Origin: Bacteriovoracaceae bacterium
GTDB taxonomy: Bacteria; Bdellovibrionota; Bacteriovoracia; Bacteriovoracales; Bacteriovoracaceae
DNA: 64,000 bases
Direction of reading: 5' to 3'
Assembly (NCBI GenBank): GCA_048270185.1
Contig: JBLWTJ010000002.1
Span: forward strand, 448,001-512,000
This document shows positions 1-8,714 of this stretch, in pieces (the stretch's first letter is position 1; every line of letters begins with the position of its first letter). The position numbers and the translations under genes were made by a program. Under the pieces are notes generated by a model. The model had not been told where the DNA came from. It searched no databases and saw nothing but the letters and a program-made list of their open reading frames with translations.

Positions 1-1019
1 TTCTTTCTCTTTGAATATGGGAAAACATGAAAGTGCGTAAGAGGTAGCTCTTTCATTAAATTAAATGTGTCTTGAAATTGCTCATCTGTTTCACCAGGGA
101 AGCCACAAATAACATCAGCACCAATTCCAGCATTTGGAAAACGAGATGTGATCTTTGTAATAATCTCTCGGTAATCTTCAACGGTGTACTTTCTCTTCAT
201 TCCCGAAAGAATGTCGTTATTTCCACTTTGTAATGGTACGTGAAAGTGATCTAAGAACTTAGATGATGAGGCCATATAATCAAGAAGTTCATCAGTGATT
301 GTATTTGGTTCAACACTTCCCAGACGAATTCTCTCTAGGCCTTCAAGAGCGTTTAATTCTTTTAAAAGATCTAACAGTTTTTCGCCCGAAGTTGTTTCGT
401 ATTCACCAATATTTACACCAGTAAGAACGATCTCTTTAAAACCTTGTGCAACAACTTCGCGAGCTTCAGTAATTGCCTGTGCAATAGAAACAGCTTTTGA
501 GCGTCCACGTGCAAATGGAATAATACAAAATGAACAAACGTAATTACACCCGTCTTGAATTTTTAAGAAAGCTCTCGTGTGCCCTTCTTCTTTTGAAGTT
601 GCAGCACCAAAGAAGTCTTTTGATTTATCAATGTGAATCGCATCGACTTCATCTTCATTTAAGTAATCGAAGACTTTATATTTCTCACTTGTCCCCAAAA
701 CAAGATCAACCCCTGTCATCTTAGCGATACGAGGAGCATCCATTTGAGCATAACAGCCGGCCACGACAATCTTTCCATCTGGAGAAGCTCTGTGGGCCTT
801 ACGAATAAGGTTACGACAAGTTGAGTCCGCCCCATCCGTTACAGTACATGTATTAATAAAAGTAACGTCTGCACTTTCACCAAATTCAACAACCTTATAA
901 CCACGCTCAACAAACCCCTGCGAGATTGTTCCCGTTTCTGAAAAGTTTAAGCGGCAGCCAAGAGTATGAAATGCTACTCTTTTATTTGTTTCTAATGTTG
1001 AATTTACTTCTGTCGTCAC
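1..1019 (-). CDS. mtaB: tRNA t6A37 methylthiotransferase MtaB (radical SAM); runs off the window start
   Basis: Manual minus-strand translation from GTG at 1019: KRVAFHTLGCRLNFSE...FINTCTVT...VVAGCYAQ...RAFLKIQDGCNYVCSFCIIPFARGRS (UPF0004 domain plus CxxxCxxC). Not in the ORF track because its stop lies outside the window. Confidence 0.88.
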   Translation of the reverse strand, partial: MTTEVNSTLETNKRVAFHTLGCRLNFSETGTISQGFVERGYKVVEFGESADVTFINTCTVTDGADSTCRNLIRKAHRASPDGKIVVAGCYAQMDAPRIAKMTGVDLVLGTSEKYKVFDYLNEDEVDAIHIDKSKDFFGAATSKEEGHTRAFLKIQDGCNYVCSFCIIPFARGRSKAVSIAQAITEAREVVAQGFKEIVLTGVNIGEYETTSGEKLLDLLKELNALEGLERIRLGSVEPNTITDELLDYMASSSKFLDHFHVPLQSGNNDILSGMKRKYTVEDYREIITKITSRFPNAGIGADVICGFPGETDEQFQDTFNLMKELPLTHFHVFPYSKRK

Positions 1020-1171
1020 TGAAGTCTACCTTTATAAAGTCCTGTATTAATCGAGTTAAAATAGACTATTGACCTATTTATGGCAACCCAACGGATAAAA
1101 AATACCAGCAGTAAATAAATTTAACTTCCTAAAAAAATTACTATTTTTTACATATTTTTTAAGATTCTATG

Positions 1172-1200
1172 TTGACTTCTGAACCAAGATTACTTATATT
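1172..1200 (+). promoter_or_regulatory. sigma70-type promoter of the tRNA-Lys/tRNA-Glu pair
   Basis: TTGACT-N17-TATATT, ending 21 bp upstream of tRNA-Lys. Confidence 0.7.
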
Positions 1201-1221
1201 CTATTTCACCAAAACACAGAT

Positions 1222-1298
1222 GGTCTCTTAGCTCAGTTGGTTAGAGCATCTCCCTTTTAAGGAGAGGGTCCTGCGTTCGAGTCGCAGAGAGATCACCA
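1222..1298 (+). tRNA. tRNA-Lys(TTT)
   Basis: Cloverleaf GGTCTCT...; anticodon arm TCTCC-CTTTTAA-GGAGA; TTCGA T-loop; encoded CCA. Confidence 0.96.
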
Positions 1299-1340
1299 TT
1301 TTAATGTTTTTTGGTTTCCAAATCCGGGAAATAAGTTAGC

Positions 1341-1418
1341 GCTCCCATCGTCTAGCCCGGTCTAGGACACCGCCTTTTCACGGCGGTAACAGGGGTTCGA
1401 ATCCCCTTGGGAGTACCA
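1341..1418 (+). tRNA. tRNA-Glu(TTC); integration target of the islands
   Basis: GCTCCCA...; anticodon arm CCGCC-TTTTCAC-GGCGG; GGTTCGAATCC; encoded CCA. Confidence 0.96.
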
Positions 1419-1454
1419 GTTTTATAAAGAAGCCAGACCTAGTCTGGCTTTTTT
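1403..1454 (+). repeat. att copy 1 (attL): tRNA-Glu 3' end plus terminator
   Basis: 52 bp identical to 5024-5075; 1401-1426 identical to 13493-13518. Confidence 0.92.
1430..1454 (+). terminator. Rho-independent terminator after tRNA-Glu
   Basis: AAGCCAGAC-CTA-GTCTGGCTT followed by a T run. Confidence 0.85.
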
Positions 1455-1552
1455 GTTTTCTAGCTACGGCGCAAATGAAATTCGGGTGTGCCACTTTAAA
1501 TCCAGCTTTATTGATCCACTATATTATCTATCAAACAAGGCCGTAGAAACAG

Positions 1553-1747
1553 CTAGTATCCACCGCCAATATTCTCCAGGTACTCTTTCATGATCTTGTT
1601 ATATTCCCTATTCATATTCTGATAAAACTGTTGTTGCTCATTCATAAGGTTTTGCTGATTCATCATATGTATTTGCTGTTGTGAGGCTAATTGGCGTCTA
1701 TATACAGACATTAATTTGTGCAAGAAATATAGTATGGGAAATTTCAC
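1553..1747 (-). CDS. small Q/N/M-rich hypothetical protein or gene remnant
   Basis: 64-aa ORF starting 6 bp after the stop of the upstream gene; no recognisable domain. Confidence 0.3.
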   Translation of the reverse strand: MKFPILYFLHKLMSVYRRQLASQQQIHMMNQQNLMNEQQQFYQNMNREYNKIMKEYLENIGGGY

Positions 1748-1753
1748 AGATAT

Positions 1754-3232
1754 CTAAATTTCATTTTTAAAATACTTTCTCATATATGTTGAAAAGTAAG
1801 ATTCATATTTCTCTCTTAAAAAATTATCTTTATAAACAATTCTTTCCCCTTGGAATATTGCTTCCAAATATTGAGCGAATATCCACTTTCGACTTGCAGG
1901 ATCTTTTTTCAGTGCAATGACTTTATCTAGAATATTTACTATTTCCTCCACTTTTCCATTAGCTAAAATTAAAAGTTTATCGAAATCTTCAATCGAAACA
2001 AAAAACACATTACTTTTCGGTATAACAATATCATCAAAGCTATATTTTTTAGATAATGTTTCACCAATAAATTCATCCCAAGCGTTCTCACTATCTCCAA
2101 GATATAACTCCTTGTAAGTTACAGTGATTAGGTATTTTCTCTCCTTCTCGCTTTTTTTTGCTACATAATTCCCTTGTATAATTGATTTAACTATATTTCC
2201 CTTGTACTGATTCATGAGCACTTCGTCCGTTGGAAATACCTTTACACTAGTAGAAGCCTCTATCCCCTTTGCTTCAATTGATAGAGAGTAATCAAGTCCA
2301 GTCAGCAAGAAGTCCACTTGCTTTTCATATCCTTTTTTCTTCAGATCATTTTCATCAAGAAAGCTTATTCTATAATTAAGTAATCTACTTGTTATGTAAT
2401 TTTCAAATGCATTTAAACCGAAATCTCGAGTAAAGCCGCCCTTGCACTCTAGCTTGAGTACATCATAAATTCCAAACTCCACAAGTTCCTGTATTAAATT
2501 AATATCCCATAAGAAATAATAATCTCCAAGTTTGATAAATGGTTTAAAAACAAATGGTGAATGATCAAACATATCATTTGAAATATTTCTAATTGGAAAA
2601 TCTTCAAAAAAATAATCTATCTTATCTAATTCGAGTGAAAAATATTCTAAAAATTTTTCAATTTTAATTCTTTCAATTTCTACAAATAGTTTTGAAAATG
2701 TTTCAACCTTAACATATTCAATGGGTGTACAAGAAAATAATGTCCAAATAGTAAATACAATATCTTGAAACTCGTTTCTTTCAACCCCACACACTCTTAC
2801 TAATGATTTTGAAAAATGAGCATCCATCTTTGAGTTAACTAATAGTTCACTTGCACGTGCTAATGTACTACTACAAAGCGATTTCTGTCCCCACATTTGC
2901 TGAAAGGACATTCTCCTCATAAATTTAAAAATTCCTTTTCCTTCACCATTTAAAAAGTTTAGTCCGCTATCATTACTAAAGTCTTTGATAGCCATTAAAA
3001 TTTTATTAATAGCTAATATATTAACTTCTTCGTCACCATCAATATTTTTCCAGTCAAATAACACCATCCTAGCTAATAACATTATTTCCCAAGGTACATA
3101 GCCTTTTTTCCAAGCATTTAATTGACTTCTAGAGACATGCAAACTTAATATTAAAAGCTCGTATATCAATTCTTCTCTTCTATATGCTCTTATCATTCTT
3201 AAAATTGGCTGAAATTCCTCTAAGCCTCGCAT
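1754..3232 (-). CDS. putative anti-phage protein with C-terminal PD-(D/E)xK nuclease motif (GapS1-like, tentative)
   Basis: Motif FENY...QVDFLL...SIEAKGIE. Start moved to ATG 3232 because of a GAGGT RBS (about 492 aa). Confidence 0.55.
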   Translation of the reverse strand: MRGLEEFQPILRMIRAYRREELIYELLILSLHVSRSQLNAWKKGYVPWEIMLLARMVLFDWKNIDGDEEVNILAINKILMAIKDFSNDSGLNFLNGEGKGIFKFMRRMSFQQMWGQKSLCSSTLARASELLVNSKMDAHFSKSLVRVCGVERNEFQDIVFTIWTLFSCTPIEYVKVETFSKLFVEIERIKIEKFLEYFSLELDKIDYFFEDFPIRNISNDMFDHSPFVFKPFIKLGDYYFLWDINLIQELVEFGIYDVLKLECKGGFTRDFGLNAFENYITSRLLNYRISFLDENDLKKKGYEKQVDFLLTGLDYSLSIEAKGIEASTSVKVFPTDEVLMNQYKGNIVKSIIQGNYVAKKSEKERKYLITVTYKELYLGDSENAWDEFIGETLSKKYSFDDIVIPKSNVFFVSIEDFDKLLILANGKVEEIVNILDKVIALKKDPASRKWIFAQYLEAIFQGERIVYKDNFLREKYESYFSTYMRKYFKNEI

Positions 3233-3392
3233 GCTAACCTCAATATATAATCCTTCAACAAAATAATTTCTATAATTTAAGTTTTCACTCTCTACACGTC
3301 GCATAATACATGAACAATTTATACCTAACAAAATAAAAAACTATTGAACTAATATCTATTTTTTAATAGAAATATCTACACAAGAGAGAATT

Positions 3393-4508
3393 ATGACAGC
3401 CAGCAAAAAAATAGACTTTTCAATTCACGATCTTTATCAATATTTAGAAAATTCATTTTCTGATAATAATGATTTAGATGTAATATACGTAGAAGACAGC
3501 GATGTAAGTAATACTCAAACACATCTAGTTTTTGAAGCAGCAGTTGGTACTGGTTCTAAAAGACTTAAAGTAAACCTATATGAACGCTTAGATGGAAGTA
3601 AAAACCTTACTGCTCCATCCAGTGGCCCATTAAAAGAAATAGGCGAGCAAATAATTGATCTAATTTATAATAATATTACAACAGTTCCCGTAAAGAATGG
3701 TTCACATGTAGTAAGAGGAACAGAAGAAACTCAAGTCCAATCATTTCTAGAAAAAGTTAAAGCAGCAGGAAACATTGTTGAAATATCAAAAGATGATGAC
3801 TCATTCTTTGTGTTTAAAGTAAACAAGATTAAATGCGGTGAAGTAAAAGTAACGTTCTATCGTACAAATGGAACTATAATGCTTCAAGGGGCTAGTAATA
3901 TATATTTTGGTGAAATTGTATCACACTGCATTGCAGAGCTTGGACACAAATTTGATGAAGCATTTAACTCCATAACAAATTCTGTAGATAATCAGTCTGT
4001 TATTAGTTGGAATGTTAATATACTTGAAAGTAATCTTAAATCAAAGCTAGGCAGTGCTTATGATCAACTTTGGCCCCATGATAAGGAAAGACTAAAAACT
4101 CTACAAATATTCGTCGATAATGATTTGAATTTTCCTGATTATTCAATTTTTGTAGCTTACGTTGGATTTGTTGTTGAAGGTGCAATCAAGTGCTTTTTAG
4201 TAAAGACAGGAATGTATTCAGATGAACAGGTAAGTCGAACAGATTTTAAAATGGCACATCCAGACTGTACAAAACAGGCTCCGTTCCACTTCCCTCAAAC
4301 TAGCTCAGTTAATCCTGTTCTTAACTTTGGACTGCCCAATATTTATGCTAATCTAGAGGGTAAGCTTATTGAGTGCTACCAGTTTTTAAGGACTTATAGA
4401 CATGACTTTAGTCACTCTAGAAAAAATATACAGCTAGTTGCGTCAGAAGCCGATGCGAAGGATAATGTGTTAGATGCATTGGACTTAATAAGAGAGCTAT
4501 TACAATGA
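3393..4508 (+). CDS. RnlA/LsoA-like HEPN endoribonuclease toxin
   Basis: 371 aa; two TBP-like repeats (VNLYERLDG.., VTFYRTNGTIMLQG) and a C-terminal HEPN motif RHDFSH (R-x4-H). Confidence 0.65.
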   Translation: MTASKKIDFSIHDLYQYLENSFSDNNDLDVIYVEDSDVSNTQTHLVFEAAVGTGSKRLKVNLYERLDGSKNLTAPSSGPLKEIGEQIIDLIYNNITTVPVKNGSHVVRGTEETQVQSFLEKVKAAGNIVEISKDDDSFFVFKVNKIKCGEVKVTFYRTNGTIMLQGASNIYFGEIVSHCIAELGHKFDEAFNSITNSVDNQSVISWNVNILESNLKSKLGSAYDQLWPHDKERLKTLQIFVDNDLNFPDYSIFVAYVGFVVEGAIKCFLVKTGMYSDEQVSRTDFKMAHPDCTKQAPFHFPQTSSVNPVLNFGLPNIYANLEGKLIECYQFLRTYRHDFSHSRKNIQLVASEADAKDNVLDALDLIRELLQ

Positions 4509-4888
4509 AACTTGAAAGAGTAAGTTTACCAAATTCAAATTTCTTCTTTGTTGTTCATGACAGCAATAATATTGTTATTTTTGAAAATAAGAATATTCCA
4601 TACACTGGCAATAGCGAGGAGTATATAAAATCCCTATCTGCTTATGATCTAAGCTCTAAGAAAGTTTTTATAGATCAATTGGTAGGCTCAGATATCTCAT
4701 GTTACAGAATTTTAAAGCTAAATGAAAAATCTGCTGTTGAACTTGAATTTCTAACACTACCTAAAAAGATCAAGAGCATGATTAATATGTTTTACAATGA
4801 GGGTGTTGACTTTAAGTACCCTAAATTCTTAGAAAAAACATTTTCGAAGAAAAGAAACAATATTTTAAGTTTCGCACTCTCCTCTTAA
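4505..4888 (+). CDS. RnlB-like antitoxin
   Basis: 127 aa, ATGA overlap with the toxin; size and position match RnlB/LsoB. Confidence 0.5.
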   Translation: MKLERVSLPNSNFFFVVHDSNNIVIFENKNIPYTGNSEEYIKSLSAYDLSSKKVFIDQLVGSDISCYRILKLNEKSAVELEFLTLPKKIKSMINMFYNEGVDFKYPKFLEKTFSKKRNNILSFALSS

Positions 4889-5023
4889 TTAAATAACCAT
4901 CTTTCAATCTTATTCATACTACTAATAAAACTATTCAAGTTTTAATAAAGATATATACTTTAATTAATATAGTAATTAAGAAATAATACCTAAGTAACTA
5001 TGATCATTATAATTTAATACACA

Positions 5024-5075
5024 CCCCTTGGGAGTACCAGTTTTATAAAGAAGCCAGACCTAGTCTGGCTTTTTT
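5024..5075 (+). repeat. att copy 2 (junction between islands A and B)
   Basis: CCCCTTGGGAGTACCAGTTTTATAAAGAAGCCAGACCTAGTCTGGCTTTTTT, identical to 1403-1454. Confidence 0.92.
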
Positions 5076-5097
5076 TATGTCTAAAATCTTCTGCTCG

Positions 5098-6408
5098 TTA
5101 TTTGCTCGTCGATCCTACTTTCGTACTATTCTCATTCATGAAGCCTTCGATATTCTCTAAAGCATCTTTTGTAAGATGAGCTGGACGATCTGTATAGACA
5201 TGCTCCACTAATTCTCTGGTCTTCCAACCACCAACAGCTTGTGCATGCTCAATGCCCATTCTCTCTCGCACGAGGTTTGCCATAGAGTGACGTAGAATGT
5301 GAGTCGAACTAAACTTATGGCCTAATCCTGCATTTCTTAGGGCCTTATTATAACGATAGTGGATCGTTCGATAATTAAGAGGCTGGCCATCTAGATGAAA
5401 GACGAAATCACAGGAAACCTTGTTCCCTGTTCTCATATCTTCTACCTTAGAAGCTTTCCTCTCCTCGAATCGTCTTTTAAGAATAGCAAAAAGTCTTGAA
5501 GTCATAAAAACATTTCGATCTTCACCATTTTTAGGACAATCCTTTATATACTGAAATGATTTTTGTGGTCCCCAGACAGCTACATTTTCAATCTCAATGA
5601 TCCCATCCACAAAGTCGACACTTTCCCATTGAAGCCCTGCAACTTCTTGCACCCTACCAGAAAAATAAAATTGAACTTCGGCCAAATCACGCCAGAAGAT
5701 ATCGTCTTTTTCCAATTCTTCAAAAAAAGAAATGAGTTCATGCCTGCGCATTTTCTTCTTTCTTTTGGGAACTTTTCTAATAAGACCCTCTTGCTTATGT
5801 CTTTTAAGAATTGGATTAACAAATTGTGCATCAATATTTTCTCGATACCAATTAAGTACTGCTTTTAGACATTTAAGGTCATCATTAAAATTGTATCTTC
5901 TACTCTGAGGATTATTTATCGCCTCTTCCTTTTTATCCATTAGATATTCGGAAATATAGCTTGCTGTCATTTCAACCATAGGCCTAGACATCATTCCCTT
6001 TAAAAAGAGCTTTCCATTTTGTACTCGTCTATCAAAGGTTGATTTCTCTACTGTGACGAGGTGTTTAGAGACATAAAGTTCCCAAACATCACTAAAGGAG
6101 TAACCAAAATCATTACCATTTTTCATTTTAATGGTGTCATGCCTTTTTATTTCCTTTCCTAAACTTGAAAGTCGCTGGACAAGCTTTCCTTTTTTAAGTT
6201 TGCTTAAAGGAGTTAAATTAAGACTTGGATGGAAATTTTTCTTCCAATCCGCCGCCTCCTCTAACGTCTTAAAGGACGAATAATATCTCTTTCCTCTGAT
6301 ATATTTTTGCACGAGGAAAGTTCCATTAACTAAATCCTTTCTAATCCCTTTTACATCTTTATACGATACTGAAACGTATCTTCGTTTTTTTTCTGTTTTA
6401 TTGTTCAT
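5098..6408 (-). CDS. tyrosine recombinase / integrase
   Basis: Catalytic R (SGRVQE), K (PKNG), HxxR (HILRHS), W (GGW), Y (HVY). Start at ATG 6408 with AGGAG RBS and TAATG coupling to xis. Confidence 0.93.
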   Translation of the reverse strand: MNNKTEKKRRYVSVSYKDVKGIRKDLVNGTFLVQKYIRGKRYYSSFKTLEEAADWKKNFHPSLNLTPLSKLKKGKLVQRLSSLGKEIKRHDTIKMKNGNDFGYSFSDVWELYVSKHLVTVEKSTFDRRVQNGKLFLKGMMSRPMVEMTASYISEYLMDKKEEAINNPQSRRYNFNDDLKCLKAVLNWYRENIDAQFVNPILKRHKQEGLIRKVPKRKKKMRRHELISFFEELEKDDIFWRDLAEVQFYFSGRVQEVAGLQWESVDFVDGIIEIENVAVWGPQKSFQYIKDCPKNGEDRNVFMTSRLFAILKRRFEERKASKVEDMRTGNKVSCDFVFHLDGQPLNYRTIHYRYNKALRNAGLGHKFSSTHILRHSMANLVRERMGIEHAQAVGGWKTRELVEHVYTDRPAHLTKDALENIEGFMNENSTKVGSTSK

Positions 6409-6668
6409 TAACAATCTCCTTGTAATACCCATTCAAGGATTTCGTTAGGAACGAAAAACAAAAACTTACCTTTTTTCCTTCTCGGAATCTTCTCATCTGA
6501 ACACAGATTATAGATATGTCCTACAGAACAATCTAAGAATCTTGCTACATCGCTTACACGCCATATTCTTTTTTTAAAGAGCTGTTCTTCTTCTCGGAAG
6601 AAACTACTTTTTTCTATGCTATTTTCTACTTCATTGCAATTATTAAACCCTCTAATCACACTATCCAT
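6408..6668 (-). CDS. excisionase-like HTH_17/AlpA-type DNA-binding protein
   Basis: WRVSDVARFLDCSVGHIYNLCSDEKIPRRKKGKFLFF..EILEW; directly upstream of int. Confidence 0.8.
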   Translation of the reverse strand: MDSVIRGFNNCNEVENSIEKSSFFREEEQLFKKRIWRVSDVARFLDCSVGHIYNLCSDEKIPRRKKGKFLFFVPNEILEWVLQGDC

Positions 6669-6697
6669 ACTACTCCAATTTTACGTATTACTAATCT

Positions 6698-6823
6698 TGG
6701 CCCGCTCTAACTTACTGAAATATTACCCCCGTCTAAATTGACCTCCTCCACACTACTGGTTGAGTGGGGGAGGTCAATTTCGTAAGGGGGATTTCTAAGT
6801 AAGTTTAAATACTTTGCGGGCCA
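6698..6823. repeat. 126-nt imperfect inverted repeat (candidate origin or structured RNA)
   Basis: Nested pairings TGGCCCGC/GCGGGCCA, AACTTAC/GTAAGTT, GAAAT/ATTTC, CCCCC/GGGGG, AAATTGACCTCC/GGAGGTCAATTT. Confidence 0.8.
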
Positions 6824-6891
6824 TAATTTTTACCATCCACCTTAATCGCCTCTTAGACGCTTCGTAATCCCTCTCTAATCGCCGGTCATAC

Positions 6892-7626
6892 TCAGATCAA
6901 TCGCTCGCCGAAAGTGTTCGTAAAATTGAAGTTATATTGAAAGTTGTAATAGCCAGTCGTATCCTCTAGATTAATTTTTCCTTTCACCAAATGTGGATTA
7001 TGGCAGAATATAAATAGATCTGAATGCTGTGTTTCTAAATGCTCTTGGAAGACTTCTACATACTTTTTCAAAATAGATTCTTCAGGAAAGAAAAAGATAA
7101 CATAATCGAATGTGTCATCTTTTATGAATTTATAATATTTATTTTGAATACGCGTCGAAGACTTTTGAGTTAGCTCTAACTCTACTGCCATTTTCACATT
7201 ATCATCGGCTTGAGTAATCACCTCTAAGACTCCATCAGGATAGTATCCTCCATCTGATCTATCGTAGCTAAAATCTCGATAGACGTGTTCAAGATCAAAC
7301 TCATTAACATTCTTACGTAGACGAAGTTCTCTAATCAACTCAACCATTCTAGTATCGTGAAACATACTGTGATGGTTTGGTGTAAATTTTCCTCCTTTCA
7401 ATAACAATTCGTTTCCAAGCTCAGTCGCAAATATATATTTTTTGCGACTGAAGTAATCCCTATAACCTTGCACAAGGCCCTTTTTCTCTAGGCCTCTCAT
7501 AACCTTATTGAACGTCTTATACGTTCCTTGGTAAATTGATTCTTCAAATAGATTCTCTAGTGTTAGAATTTTCCACTTAATTAGTGGTCTTAAAAGTTGT
7601 AAATGTACTGGGTTGATTTGAATCAT
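6892..7626 (-). CDS. replication-relaxation (Replic_Relax)-like protein
   Basis: N-terminal wHTH, HHSMFHD, YPDGVL...AVELELTQKSSTRIQNK. Likely start ATG 7626 with AAGGAG upstream. Confidence 0.6.
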   Translation of the reverse strand: MIQINPVHLQLLRPLIKWKILTLENLFEESIYQGTYKTFNKVMRGLEKKGLVQGYRDYFSRKKYIFATELGNELLLKGGKFTPNHHSMFHDTRMVELIRELRLRKNVNEFDLEHVYRDFSYDRSDGGYYPDGVLEVITQADDNVKMAVELELTQKSSTRIQNKYYKFIKDDTFDYVIFFFPEESILKKYVEVFQEHLETQHSDLFIFCHNPHLVKGKINLEDTTGYYNFQYNFNFTNTFGERLI

Positions 7627-7853
7627 AACGTCGATAAGTTTCTCCTTAAAAATCGTGAATAAACATGAGAAACAAGGTCTTACCGAAGTAATAAATGAGC
7701 TGTCAAACGCCTGATTTCGCTTACATCTTACATTTGAGGTATTTTTGCTAGTGCCTGACATCTCTAGAAATCTCGGGACATCTCCAGACAGGTCAAAGTG
7801 CTGTAAGAAAAAAAATTAAAAAAATTTTTCTTACACTTATATAATTGTATCTT

Positions 7854-8486
7854 CTATTTTCGTCGTTTCTTACTTACGTGAAATTTATAATAATCTTCAT
7901 AGAACTTTTCATATTGTTTAAAAAACTCTTCATAATATTTACTATTACTTTCTGGTGTATATGGAGGAAGAGGAGGTAAAGGTGCTCGAGGAAAGCCATC
8001 AAAGGGGCCTCCTCCGTTCGGATCTATATAGTTATTAATTGTAATAAAATTATAAAGAATAGCTCCACCAAATATACTTATATTCATTAATAAGTGTATT
8101 GATGTTACCAAATACCCCAATTGATTTAATGAGAATATTTGTTCAACTGATCCTGCAACTGCAACTCCCACCGTAAATGAGAAAACATTTATGATTCTAT
8201 TTATTCCAGTCCCTAAAGAAATGTAGGAAGCTTTATTTTTTGCAATTTCCCCTAACAGAATTTCCCCAAAACCATAATAAAGAAAAAAGAATCCAATATT
8301 TATAGTCAACAAAAAGAGAATTGCTGTGCTAGGAGATATACGAAAATTACAAATCATACTGAGAGCTCTATCTTGAGATATATAACTTCTATTTTCATGA
8401 TATATGGTATTTAGATAGATCAAGATGAGTACCAAACAAGGAATAATTCCTAAGCAAATACCTAAAATTATGTAATGTAAGTTCAT
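7854..8486 (-). CDS. hypothetical membrane protein (about 4 TM, Pro-rich linker)
   Basis: Hydrophobic segments, PRAPLPPLPP, GGAG RBS. Confidence 0.6.
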   Translation of the reverse strand: MNLHYIILGICLGIIPCLVLILIYLNTIYHENRSYISQDRALSMICNFRISPSTAILFLLTINIGFFFLYYGFGEILLGEIAKNKASYISLGTGINRIINVFSFTVGVAVAGSVEQIFSLNQLGYLVTSIHLLMNISIFGGAILYNFITINNYIDPNGGGPFDGFPRAPLPPLPPYTPESNSKYYEEFFKQYEKFYEDYYKFHVSKKRRK

Positions 8487-8630
8487 TTTTTCTCCAAAAT
8501 TTCTGTATAAATTTCAGAATAGGAAGGCACTTTAATCTAGCTCCTCTCTAAGTATAAACATTATCAATTAATAGCATTTATGAACATATTGATGTTAATC
8601 TAAATTTTAAAATCAATAAGTTATATAAGA

Positions 8631-8703
8631 ATATCCATAAAAATATCCATATATATCCAAAAAGAGTGGATATATGGATATATATGGATATAATTATGGA
8701 TAT
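8631..8703. repeat. array of 3x ATATCCA and 4x TGGATAT upstream of fic
   Basis: ATATCCA at 8631, 8643, 8653; TGGATAT at 8667, 8675, 8685, 8697. Confidence 0.85.
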
Positions 8704-8714
8704 AGAGGTAAAAA

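Larger units (their letters stand above)
1403..5075. mobile_element. Island A: integrase-less defence islet bounded by 52-bp direct repeats
   Basis: Direct repeats that include the tRNA-Glu 3' end; AT-rich cargo of nuclease-like and TA-like genes. Confidence 0.75.

Noticed and set aside
295..724. Plus-strand ORFs 295-543 and 530-724
   Set aside because: Antisense shadows of mtaB. The same applies to most short ORFs nested in or opposite long genes (e.g. 5563-5868, 24362-24664, 31714-32055, 57561-57857).
1459..1556. Short inverted repeat CTACGGC/GCCGTAG after attL as an attC-like site
   Set aside because: Only 7 bp of perfect pairing, no GTTRRRY/RYYYAAC boxes, and not repeated between other cargo genes.
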